From Chiloscyllium plagiosum (Eukaryota): 43,707 bases of DNA. Of this stretch, positions 1 through 11,615 are shown piece by piece. The stretch is from the NCBI RefSeq assembly GCF_004010195.1, contig NC_057750.1:19641260-19684966 (forward strand). The letters run 5' to 3'. A program made the position numbers and the translations under genes. The notes under the pieces were generated by a model, which was given only the letters and a program-made list of their open reading frames with translations, made no database searches and had not been told where the DNA came from. Within the stretch, counting starts at the first letter, position 1. The number at the start of each line of letters is the position of its first letter.

Positions 1-630
1 GTGGAGGGTGCTGCACGCAGCAGTCCCCTGCAACCGCAGATTGCGGTGGTTCACAGACTCCCAGCCCAACTGCTTGTTCTGTGGCGCTGTGGAGTCCGTG
101 GACCACGTATATATGGAGTGTGGGCGTTTGCACTCCCTTTTTGATTTCCTGAAAAACCTTCTCCTCTGTTTTTGGCTGCACTTTAGTCCCACGCTCTTGA
201 TCTTTGGACATCCGGTACGGAGGAAGGAGTGCAGGTCTAAAGACCTCCTCGTGGGTCTGCTCCTGGGCCTGGCCAAACTGGCCATTAACAGGGCCAGGCA
301 GCGGACCGTGGAGGGGGTCGTTCGGGCCGACTGCCTGCCCCTCTTCCGCGGTTACGTTAGAGCCCGGGTGTCCTTGGAGAAGGAGCACGCGGTGTCGACC
401 AACACCCTGGAGTTGTTCAGGGAGAGGTGGGCGCCGCAGGGAGTGGAGTGCACCATTTCTCCCTCCAACTCTATTTTGATTTAGTCCCTCCCCTCCCCTT
501 CACTGTTTTGATCACACAGCACTGCCCTTTGATGTGAAGGGCAGTGTATGTCATTGGCCACCCGGGTGTTTTCCTATCTTCCTGGTGGTGGAATCAAAAA
601 AGAAAATAAATAAATAAATAAATAAATAAA
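1..630 (+). mobile_element. Tx1-clade (L1-like) non-LTR retrotransposon: ORF2 C-terminus, 3' UTR and A-rich tail
   Basis: Open frame to a stop at 484 with the zinc-knuckle motif CLFCGAVESVDHVYMEC, followed by LLLGLAKLAI...FRERW. Then a 3' UTR and an A/(AAAT)n tail at about 596-630. Confidence 0.85.
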
Positions 631-2484
631 CAGGAGATTAAGGGCAGTGTTTGTCACTGGCCACCCGGGTGTTTTTCTATCTTCCTGGTGGTGGAAATTG
701 AATAAAGATTCGTGCACGTTGTGTCTTTCACTGTGTCTCACACTTATACACACACACCATGGGTGCTGGGGAAAAAATAAGCACTCCCGCAGTTAGGTGG
801 TAGTGTGGGGGTTAAATTATTTAAAAAAAAGGAGTGTTCCAACTCTATTTTGATTTAGTCCCAACCCTCCCCCTCACTGTTTTGATCACACAGCACTGCC
901 CTTTGATGTGAAGGGCAGTGTTTGTCACTGGCCACCCGGGTGTTTTCCTATCTTCCTGAAATAAAAAAAAAATAAACAGGGGATCACCCGGTACGGAGGA
1001 AGGAGGGCAGGTCTGAAGACCTCCTCGTGGGTCTGCTCCTGGGCCAGGCCAAACTGGCCATTAACAGGGCCAGGCAGCGGGCCGTGGAGGGGGTCGTTAG
1101 TGGTTACGTTAGAGCCCGGGTGTCCTTGGAGAAGGAGCACGCGGTGTCGACCAACACCCTGGAGTTGTTCAGGGAGAGGTGGGCGCCGGAGTGAGTGGAA
1201 TGCATTATTTCTCCCTCCAACTCTATTTTGATTTAGTCCCTACCCTCCCCTTCACTGTTTTGATCACACAGCACTGCCCTTTGATGTGAAGGGCAGTGTT
1301 TGTCACTGGCCACCCAGGTGTTTTCCTATCTTCCTGGTGGTGGAAATTGAATAAAGATTCATGCGCTTTGTGTCTTTCACTGTGTATCACATCTGCACAC
1401 ACACACCATGGGTGCTGGGGAAAAAAATAAGCACTACCGCAGTTAGGCGGTAGTGTGGGGGTTAAAAGGAAAAAAAAAGAAGCCCTTGGGATTAAATAGG
1501 CAAAGAAAAAAATAAACAGGGGATCTAATCCCTGCCCTCCCCTTCACCTGTTTGATCACACAGCACTGCCCTTTGATGTGAAGGGCACTGCTTGTCACTG
1601 GCCATTTGGGTGTTTCCTTTCTTCCTGGTGGTGGAAACCGAATAAAGATTTGTGCACCTTGTGTCTCTCACTGTGTCTCACACCTGCACACGCACAACAT
1701 GTGTATGGGGGGAAAACTAAGCACCACTGCAGTTAGGCGGATTTAAAAAAAACCACAAATATGTGGGAGTGGAGTGTATTATTTCCCCGAGCAACTAAAG
1801 AATAAAAAAGATAAAAGAAAGAAAATAAGCAGGGGGTCTAATCCCTGTCCTCCCCTTTGATGTGAAGGGCACTGCTTGTCACTGGCCACTTGGGTGTTTC
1901 CTTTCTTGCTGGTGGTGAAACCGAATAAAGGTTCATGCACCTTATGTCTTTCACTGTGTCTCACACCTGCACAGACACAACATGGGTGCTGGGGGGAAAA
2001 ATAAGCACTACCACAGTTAGGCGGTAGTGTGGGAGTAAAAAAGAAAACAAAAGGAAATAAAAGACAAAAGATATAAACAGGGGGATCTGTCCTCCCCTGC
2101 ACCTGTTTGATCACCCAGCATTGCCCTTTGATGTGAAGGGCACTGCTTGTCCCTAGCCACTTGGGTGTTTCTTTTCTTCCTGGTGTGGACATTGAATAAA
2201 GATTAGTAAAAAATAAGAAAAAAGAGCAGGGGATCTAATTCCTGATCTCCCATTTACCTGTTCGATCACGCAGCATTGCCTTCTGAGAAGGGAATTGCTT
2301 GTCACTGGCCACTTGGGTGTTTCCTTTCTTCCTTGTGGTGGGAATTGAATAAAGATTTGTACACTTTGTGTCTTTCACTGTGTCCCACACCTGCACACAC
2401 ACAACATAGGTGCTGGGGGAAATATAAGCACTGCTACAGTTAGGGGGTAGTGTTGGGGTTAAGAAAAAAAAATAAACAGGGGAT
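631..2484 (+). mobile_element. Tandem array of about 7-8 further truncated copies of the same Tx1-like 3' end, most separated by ATAAACAGGGGAT-like spacers
   Basis: The 3' UTR block (...cactgccctttgatgtgaagggca...gaataaagatt...cactaccgcagttaggcggtagtg...polyA) recurs with different 5' start points. The copy at about 986-1480 also carries ORF2 sequence, with an internal deletion near 1100. Confidence 0.85.
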
Positions 2485-2604
2485 TTAGAATTTCCTCACG
2501 TCAAGGACCTGACTCTGAGCTGGCTGGTCACATCCAGTGTACTGTGCACAAGTAAATAAAGGGTGACTTAGTGACAGGATACTGGCCTTTGTCCAGTTAT
2601 CTCA
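2472..2604 (+). mobile_element. 3' part (R-U5-like) of an LTR; putative target of the Tx1 array
   Basis: Starts at TATA-like (T)ATAAACAGG, has AATAAA at 2555-60 and ends ...gttatctCA at 2604. Resembles a shark LTR family I recall (...gtaaataaagggtgactt.gtga...); not database-verified. Confidence 0.5.
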
Positions 2605-3015
2605 ACAACAAACAGTAACTGTTCCAATAAAATAATATCCCATAAACACACAGCAAAGGCAAATTCAGGAAAATAGATTGCCCCATGTGCAAATCTAACA
2701 GTAGGAAGAGAAACCCAGTTTTATCTGTAATAGAGACAGGAACAATAGCTACCACATCCAGCATTAAGACCCTAGCAACTACTAAAAGCTTGAACTAAAA
2801 TCCTGGTTCTGTGGGAACTTGACCGTTCGTGCTGCTTCTATTGTTCCAACTTCAAAAAACCACAAAGCTAGCTGGGCTCAAAGCAGGCAGCTCATCTCCG
2901 AGTTTAGAACACCTCTGAGGCACAAATCTTTCTTAAAGGCACGTCTCATAACACCTCCTCCCTTAAAAGATAGAAAACAAAATATCAACATACAAAGATG
3001 GCTTCATTTTTAAAA

Positions 3016-3270
3016 TGTCTGCATGGGTTTTCTTTGGGTGCTCCGGTTTCCTCCCACAGTCCAAAGATGTTCAGATTCAGTGGATTGGCCAGGTTAAATT
3101 GTGCATAGTGTCCAGGGATGTGCAGGCTAGGTATATTAGGCATGAGAAATATGTTGTTATTGGGATAGAGTAGGAATGTAGGATTGGGTAGGATGCTCTT
3201 CAGAGGGTTGGTAAGGAGTGGATGGGCAGAATTACTGCTTCCACACGGTAGGGATTCTATGATTCTATGA
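3016..3270 (+). mobile_element. HE1-like shark SINE, 5'-truncated
   Basis: gggtgctccggtttcctcccacagtccaaagatgt core and a (attctatg)n CR1-type tail. Confidence 0.8.
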
Positions 3271-4320
3271 ACTTACTATTAGTACTCTACAACATATAGA
3301 CATTGCTTTAACTTTGAGCAGGCAAGCATTCAATATTGCAACCCAGTTTTCACATCCCACGGGGCCAATTCAGAAGCATCTGACCCTGGCTTTTTGTGCT
3401 GTGTTGTAACTTGTAACACATCCTCCTTTTGCTTTCCTTCTCTATCAAAATACCTCTGGAGCATGTTTACATGACAATCGCTGTGAGATTTGTTTCCATT
3501 TGGCCTTCTTATCAAATAATTCACCTCTGTCAATTTCCTTTCAATTTGAGAAGGACCACTAAATCTTGCTTTTAAATTCGAAATAATGCAATTTCAACTA
3601 GCAAAATAATAAATTTTTGATCTGTCATCTGTTTCCTGTTACATCATATGCTGTGATACTTTTAAATGCTGTCTAGCCAACTCATCCACTGTATTTAATC
3701 TTTCCCTAAAATTTGACACACAGTCCAAATATGTGGTCTCTGAACTCTGACTCACCAATTTTTCCTGAAGTAATTTCAATGATCCTCTCATCTCATGCCT
3801 AAAAAAAGTAATGCAAATGGGCTGAATTTGGTAGATTCATTTGGTTCACCTCTAATTGCAAAAAGTACAAATGGAATTCCTTTATCCATATACTATGGAT
3901 AGTCTTGATGATAAGGCTTTCACATATTCTTTAAAATTTGGCACCATTGTTGTAATGCTCCCAGTGATGCTGGATGGTACACAGTGGATTTGCATTGTTT
4001 CATTCCTAAACTATCCATAAATTCCTTGCATAACTTTGATGTAAAGTTTGAACCTTGATCCAATTGTATTTCAGTGAGTAGTCCATATCTGTTAAAAGAT
4101 TGAGTAACTCTTCTATAATCCTTTCAGCTCTGATACTGCATAATGGAGTAACCTCTGGAAACCTAGTAGACACATCTATTATAGTCAACCAATACTGATT
4201 CCCAGTTTTTTATTAGATAGGGGCCCTATGTAATTGATTAAGTTTCTTGTAAAAGGTTCCTCAAATGCAGGAATAGGTGCTAGCTTTATCACTATCTTGG
4301 GTTTTCCAATTATCTGACAT

Positions 4321-7003
4321 ACTTTGATTTGATTTAGCCTTTGTTGTCACATGTACATAAGTACAAAAGTACAAGAGTAAGTGAAAATTTTTCAATGTCA
4401 CCACACACAGTGCCATCTTAAATATATAGGCACAAAACCTTAAGGACATGGTAGAAAGAAAAAGGAAACTAAGTTAAACGTGAAACATTACAGTCACTCT
4501 TGATATAGTGTAAGAATATAAAGAAATAAAACAAAAAGGTTAAACATTACAGTGCTTCCTAGTGTCAAGACTTTCTTAAGTGCCATTCTGGGATCTCACA
4601 TCCTACTCGATCTCCTCCACTTTTGTATGCTTTCCCCGTACTGGCACAATCTCCCCTGGTCTCGATGTTGCTGCAGATATGTGGGGGACCTTCCATTGTC
4701 ATGTTGGACTCACTCTGGAATCTCAGATGGTTAGTCCCAATCCAAGCCTTCAGCCACTGCTACAGCATGGACTGCCACATCTCCAATCCAGGTGCAGTCT
4801 ATGCCAGGCCTCGGTCTCAGCCTCACCTTCAATCTGTGTGCTGGGGCTGGGCCTGACCTTTGCTCCACGTGCTAGGGCTTGGCTCACCTTCAAACTGTGC
4901 ACTGGGGTTCGGCTTCACCTTCAGTCCATGCGCTGGGGCTGGGCCTCACCTTCGGCCCTTGCACTAGGGCTCAGCTTCGCCTTTGGTCCATGTGCCGGGG
5001 CTCAACCTTGCCTTCGGTCCACACTGGGACTCGGCCTCACCTTCAATTCATGAGCTAGAGCTGAGCCTGGGCTAGGCCATCGGTCCATGTGCTGGCGCTC
5101 AGCCTCACATTCGATCCCTGCACTGTAGCTTGGCCTTGCTTTCAGTCCACACTGGGCCTTGGCCTCACCTTTGTTCCGTGCACTGGAGCTGGGCCTCACT
5201 TTTGGTCCATGCGCTTGGGCTGGGCCTTGTCTTTCGTGCATTTGCTGGGCCTTGTCCTTCACTTCAGTCTGTACATTGGGCCTCAGCAATAGCTTTGGTC
5301 CACGTGCTGGGCCTCAGCCTCACCTTCAATCTGTGTGCTGGGTCTTGGCCTCACCTTTGGTTTGTGCGCTAGGTCTGGGACTAATCTTCGGTCCATGTAC
5401 TGGGCCTCAGCCTCTCCTTCAGTCCATGTGCTGCGGCTCGGTCTCAATTTTGGTCCATGTGCTGTAGCTGGGCCTCACTTTAGATCCATGCACTGAGGCT
5501 GGGCCTGGCCTTCGGTGCATTCGCTGGGACCTGGCCTCACCTTTGGTTCATGCTAGGCCTCAGCCTCACTTTTGGTCCATGTGTTGGACCTCGGCCTCAC
5601 CTTCACTGCGGGTGCTGTGGCTTGCCCTTGCTTTTGGTGCATTTGCTGGGTCTTGGCTTTGCCTTCAGTCTACACTGGGCCTCAGTTTCACCTTCAGTCA
5701 GTGTGTTGGACCTTGGCCTCACCTTCGGTCTGTGTGCTGGGCCTCAACCTCACATTTGGTCTGTGTGCTGGGCTGCAGCCTTGCCTTCAGTTATGCATTG
5801 GGCCTCAGCCTCACCTTTGGTCTGTGCACTGGGCCTTGTCCTCACCTTCGGTCTGTGCACTGGGCCTTGTCCTCACCTTCGGTCTATGCACTGGGCCTCA
5901 GCCTCCCCTTCGGTCTGTGCGCGGGGCCTCCGTCTCACCTTTGCTTTGTGCGCTAGGCTTCAGCCGTACCTTTGGTCTGTGCGCTGGGCTTCAGCCACAC
6001 CTTTAGTCTGCGCGCTGGACCTCACCCTTGCCTTCGGTCTGTGCGCTGGGCCTCCATCTCACCTTTGCTTTGTGCGCTAGGCTTCAGCCGTACCTTTGGT
6101 CTGTGCGCTGGGCCTCTGCCTCATCGTCAGCCCATTCACTGGGCCTCAGGCTCACATTCGGTCTGTGCACTGGGCCTCTGCCTCACCTTAGGTCTGTATG
6201 CTGGGCCTAAGCCTCCCCTTTGGTCTGTGCCCTGGGCTTCAGCCACACCTTTAGTCTGTGCGCTGGACCTCAGCCTTGCCTTCGGTCTGTGCGCTGGGGC
6301 TCCATCTCACCTTTGCTTTGTGCGCTCGACTTCACCCGTACCTTTGGTCTGTGCGCTAGGCATCGTCTCACCTTTGCTCTGTGCTCTGAGCCTCTGCCTC
6401 ATTGTCAACCCATTCACTGGGCCTCAGGCTCACAATCAGTCTGTGCACTGGGCCTCTGCCTCACCTTAGGTCTGTACGCTCGTCCTCAGCCTCACTTTCA
6501 GTCTGTGCACTGGGCCTCCGTCTCATCTTCAGCCCATGTTTGGGCCTTGGCCTTGTGCTCTTTGGTCCATGTGCAATCCTTGGTCTTGCCTTCAGTCTGC
6601 ACACCAGGCATTGGGAACTCACAAGAGTCCCAGGTCAAGCCCTCAGTCATTGCCTTGCACTGGACATCGAGCCGACTGCCAAATTCAATAAAACCTGACA
6701 GTGCTACTGTCCAGAAGTTAATAGAAAGAAAACTAAAAAAAATTAGTAAAACTAGAAAAAGAAACAGTAAATGAGAAAAGAAGATAATGAAAGGGGACGA
6801 GAGTGGATAGGGTTGAGCCTACTCTGCCTCCATCTTGCAGAGATGTTGACTGACTCAAATCCATGTTGGCCCTACTCGCCAACTGCTACAAGTCCATGCT
6901 GGGTCTACCCACCAGCCCCGATGAGGCCACATTGGGAATATTCACTAACCACCCACGAGTCCATGTTTGGCCTACTCACTGCCGATGCCATCGCAACCAG
7001 TGT
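4321..7003 (-). mobile_element. Non-coding retroelement-like insertion carrying a 31-bp minisatellite, inserted in the Gypsy integrase
   Basis: Splits the integrase ...RHT|CQIIG motif. On the minus strand it has caagatggaggc near 6838 (LINE 5'UTR-like) and a 3' end ...gacaacaaaggctaaatcaaatcaaa similar to the Rex1/Babar tail at 32645-32700. Confidence 0.55.
4795..6605. repeat. GC-rich 31-bp minisatellite (roughly 55-60 units) with higher-order repeats
   Basis: Unit TCTGTGCACTGGGCCTCAGCCTCACCTTCGG, e.g. at 5821-5882. Blocks recur at 124 bp (5933/6057) and 248 bp (5972/6220). Confidence 0.92.
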
Positions 7004-7249
7004 GTATGACGTATTCAGCACATTTCAACCACATTTCTATGCAGACCAAGCCAAAAAAGATATTTTCTATTTTGCCTTGTTTATTTTCTTACTCCCAAAT
7101 GACCTTCTACTAGAATTCATGTGCTAGAATTCAGCACCTCCTTTCTGTAACCCACCAGTATTGTAATTTGATGAACTTCTGCCCATTTCTCATCTGCCTG
7201 AATATGTGATGGTCTCCATTCCCTCATCAAGATGCCATTTTTATTCTCC

Positions 7250-10200
7250 TTATTGTGCTGTCTGGGGCGGGGTGCATGTCTTCATCTGGAAGGAGTCATG
7301 GTGGTATGAGCGCCCCCTGTGGACAAGGGGGAAAGTTTCCTTTCATTTATGATGTATGTTGGTATGTTGTAGAAGTAGCTGTTCGAAGTTTTGATTTAGT
7401 AGTTTTGGAAGTTGCATTTTTAAACTTATACAAATTGTTTATGGTTTTCACTCAGTGTTCTTCCTCCCGATGGGTCACGGACTGTTTCGGGTGATCATGG
7501 CTAGCTATTCGTTTAAATGGTGCACCTGTAATGTTAAGGGGTGTCATTCACCAATTAAGAGCAAAAAGATACTCTCAAGCCTTAGAAAGGAGAGGGTCAA
7601 TGTGGTTTTGTTACAAGAAATGCACTGAACTGATAAGGAGCATTTGAATTTGCAACAGGGAGGATTCGGCCAGGTGTTTTTCTCATCCTTGAATTCGAAA
7701 AGTAGAGGCATTGCTATTCACATCCGGAAGAATCTCTTGTTTCAAATGCTAGGCTAAATTAAGGATGAGTGCGGGTGATTCATAAATCTTACAGCTTTAC
7801 TACATGGAGAGGAATATGGGATTCTGAATGTATATTGCGCCCCGGCACATCGCCTTAAATTCTTAACAGATCTGCTTTCTAGGTTGATAGCCCTAGGGGT
7901 GCGTCATACAATTATAGGGGGAGATTTTAACTGTTTTATTGACCCCGAGGTGGACAGGATGTCTCAGGGTCTTGCAGGTATGTCTCCACAATCCAAGCAG
8001 TTGGTGGACCTGAACAGGGAGTTGGGGTTGTGGGGTGTGTGGAGATGTCTTCACCTTGAATGGAGGAACTTACCTTTTTTCCGAATCCATATCAGTGCTG
8101 TACTAGAATTGACATATTTCTTGTCCCATTGACTTTTTGAATTCGGTGCAGTCTTGCAGAATAGGGAACATAGCAGTTTCTGACCATATGGCAGTGTACA
8201 TGGAGGTCAAGGCCAGCGGTGGTGGGACGGGCTGCTAGCACTGGCACATGGACCCCCTTCCTCCTGAAAGATAGCAAGTTTATAGAATATTTCTCGCTGG
8301 AGTTTAAAATCTTTTGGGATATTAATTTAGGTATGGCCAGTAACCCATTGGTGCTGTGGGAGACTGCCAAGGCCTATGCACAGGGTTTGATTATTTCTTA
8401 AATTCTTCTATTCTATCATTCTCTTCCTCGAAGTGGGAGAGCAGCAATATTTGCTAGAGGCTCGCCTGAAGGCAGCTGAGACAGCATACTTTGACAGACT
8501 GTCTGCAACCAAATTGCAGTGGATTAGGGCAACTTTGAATGCTGCACTCACCCAAACAGCAAAGAGGGAAATCTCTTTTGTGAAACAGAGATTATTTGAC
8601 AATGTTGATAAATCGGGTAGATATCTAGTGTACTTGGCCAGAAAGAAGAATGCCCCCCAATCTACTACATCTATCAGAGAGAGTGCTGGTACTGTTAATT
8701 GCAATGGTAAAAAGACAAATGCGGCATTTAGAAAGCTTTATTTTGAGCTGTATTGGTCGGAGGGCTGTGAGGACAGAATGATGAAGACTGATTCCTTTTT
8801 TAAGACCCTGGAAATTCTGGGTGTAACCCTAGAACAGGTCCCCTTTCTGAATGCTCCCCTGACAATTCAGGAACTACAAGAGGCCGTGAGGCTGATCCAG
8901 AGTGGTAAATCACCCGGACCAGATGGATTTCAAAGTGAGTTTTTTAAGGAGTACAGAGACAAGCTGGCCGGGCCACTCTCGGATACGTACAATTACTCAT
9001 TCAGTCAGGGCTGCCTCCCATCTTCTTTGAGAGAAGCAAATATTTCTCTTATTCTTAAGAAAGGAAACACCCCAGAGGATTGATAGGCCCATATCATTAC
9101 TGAGCATGGATTTTAAAATCCTGTCGAAAATTAAGGCTGGAGAGGACATTACCTTTTATTGTAAAGGAGGACCAGATGGGTTTTATTAAGGGTAAATAGG
9201 TCTATCAACAATATTAAAAGAGGATCAAATATGGTCTAAATATGCCAGCAGAGATCAATCCTTGGTAGTCTCCCTGGATTGCCAAATGGGTGGCAGTGCT
9301 GTATAGTGATCTGAACAGTGAGCGGTTCTCACGAAGGGTATAAGGTCAGATAGTTTTAGTGTCGCTGAGGCTACCATAAAGGGTGCTCTCTCTCGCCACT
9401 ATTATTTACAGTGGTGATTGAGCCACTGGCGGAAGCTATTCGGATGGATCCCAATATAACTGACCTGCAGGTTGGGTCAGGTAGGCATAAAATCATCCTC
9501 TATGCAGATGACGTCCATCTCTTTTTAACTCATCCAATGACATCTGTGCCACGCTTAATACAAGTGATTAATTTATTTGGTTTGTTTTCAGGGTAAAAAA
9601 TTAATTTCATAAAATTGGAGGCAATGCCTGTGGGGGGCCTTACTAGTATATTCAGTGTTGGGGATGGAACCCGTTTCCCCTTCCGGTGGTCACAGGGAGA
9701 TTTTCTGCATTTAGGCATTTTTATTATCCTAGTGTTTGAAAAATTATATAAAGCCAACTATGTGCAGTTGTTAGAGAAGATAAGGCAGGACCTTTGATGC
9801 TGGGAAGATCTTCCGATATCGTGGTTGAGCAGAATAGCACTGGTTAAGATGAATGTTCTTCATTGTTTATTATATCCAATGCGAATGCTCCCTTTGATGC
9901 TGCAAAGGCAAGCACTGTGCAGGGTTTGCAGTTGGCTTGGATCTTTTATTTGGCATCATAGGCTGCCTATTATTAAGTTGGATAAATTACAGCTTCTGCA
10001 GGAGAGGTTTGGGGTCAAGATTTTCTGGACTTTAAGAAATACCAATTGAGTTCTTTACTATTCTATGTGGCTGAATAGGCCTGTCAGGATCCGTGATCAA
10101 TCTGATTGCACATTGAGGCCTCCCAGACAAAATGCCCTCCTATTAATTTGTTGTTTCTGGACAAGATGAGAATTGTTATGGATCACTGCAAAAACCCAAA

Positions 10201-11615
10201 TGTCCTAAACACAGTTAAAGCATGGAGTATGATGTGGCAGGGCGAGGGCAATTTACAAAAAACTTCCCCTTTCACTCCAATAGTGAGAATGTTGGGATTC
10301 CAGCCAGGGTTGATGGATTCTGGCTTTAAGCTCTGGGAGTTCCAGAGGAATCTCCTATTTTGGAGATCTATTGGATGGGGAGGACATGATGTCCTTTGAG
10401 CGGCTGAGTCAGAAGTTCGAGTGACCGAGGAGAGATCTCTTTCGTTAATTCCAGTTTGGAGACTTCATACACAAAATGACTACATTGATGGCTAGTCCCT
10501 ACAAGTCGGATATGGAGATGAGAGTGCTCCAGTCTATGGGTACCCACTCGGTTAGCACTCTCCATCACTTGTTAGGAAGTTATGGTTTGAAGGACATTGA
10601 ACGGCTATGCAGAAACTGGACTCAAGAATTGGGGGTGGAAGTCTTGTCAAAGATATGGGAGGATATCTCGAAAAAGGTTAGGAAAATCTCGATTTGTAAT
10701 AGGAGCTAGGCTATTCAACTGAAGGTACTCCATTGGGCTCACTTGGCACCAGAACAGCTTGCAAAATTCAAGTCAGGAGTGTCCCCAATGTGACCGAAGT
10801 GTAAAATGGAGGTTGGTACTCTTACTCATTGCTTGTCGTCATGCCACAAGCTCCACAGGATGCCAAAGCGATTGTTTCCTCAAAGGATTTGGGAACTGAG
10901 GTTAAGTTGAATCTGGTGTCCCTCCTTTGGGTCTTCCAAATCTTCCCTTTTTGGATGCACATGGGAATAAATTGATTAATATTCTTTCATTCTGTGCGAG
11001 GAAGAACATTTCTGATGAGCAGGGTGTCAGAGATTCCCCCTGGACCTTCGGGCTGGCGTAGGTTAGTCATGGAACACATCCCCCAGGAATTCCTTACGAG
11101 TATGGTGCACTGGAAAAGGGAATTTGTTTACAGAACTTGGCGGCACTTTTTGAATTATATTGATGCAGACTTACCGGTTATATTGTTCAGGGTCTTTGTG
11201 TACCTGTGAGGGTTGTGTCTGTCGGTCTTGAGCCCCCTGGGGGGTGGGGGGGGATAGACTCCTGAACAAATATGTTTTTACTTACTATTGCTTCCAGTGG
11301 TGGGGCGCTTTAGTGAGATTGCACTGAGTGCAGTAATTTAAATGAATATAATTTGAGTTACCTTGCTACAACTTGGTTTAATTTTATTTTGTTTGTTTAT
11401 TCATTTTTCTGTTTTCTCCTTGGTTATTTATTGAGTTGCAGTTTTTGTAGAGATTTTTTGCTTTTTTCTCGTGTTTCGGTAGTTTGTGGAGTAAAGTAGT
11501 GTTTGTTTTCTATTATTGTTATTATATTATAAAGTTGTCACACTATTTTGTACCGATTTTGTACTTTTGTAAGAAACTTAAAATCTTATTTCTCAATAAA
11601 AGTAATTATGAAAAA
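7250..11615 (+). mobile_element. L1 LINE, 5'-truncated, with a full-length but disrupted ORF2 (about 7497-11209)
   Basis: APE endonuclease MASYSFKWCTCNVKG...LLQE (ATG 7497), IIGGDFN and SDH; GKSPGPDGF; RT LYADD (~9500); C-terminal CxxC...H...C remnant (~10790-10845); T-rich 3'UTR, AATAAA and A-rich end. Many stops and frameshifts. Confidence 0.92.

Noticed and set aside
626..2484. CRISPR-like repeat-spacer array
   Set aside because: Eukaryotic context and no cas genes. The intervening units are homologous LINE 3' ends of variable length with poly(A) tails.
4552..6774. Many overlapping ORFs of 60-184 aa
   Set aside because: Artefact of a stop-poor 31-bp minisatellite read in all frames.
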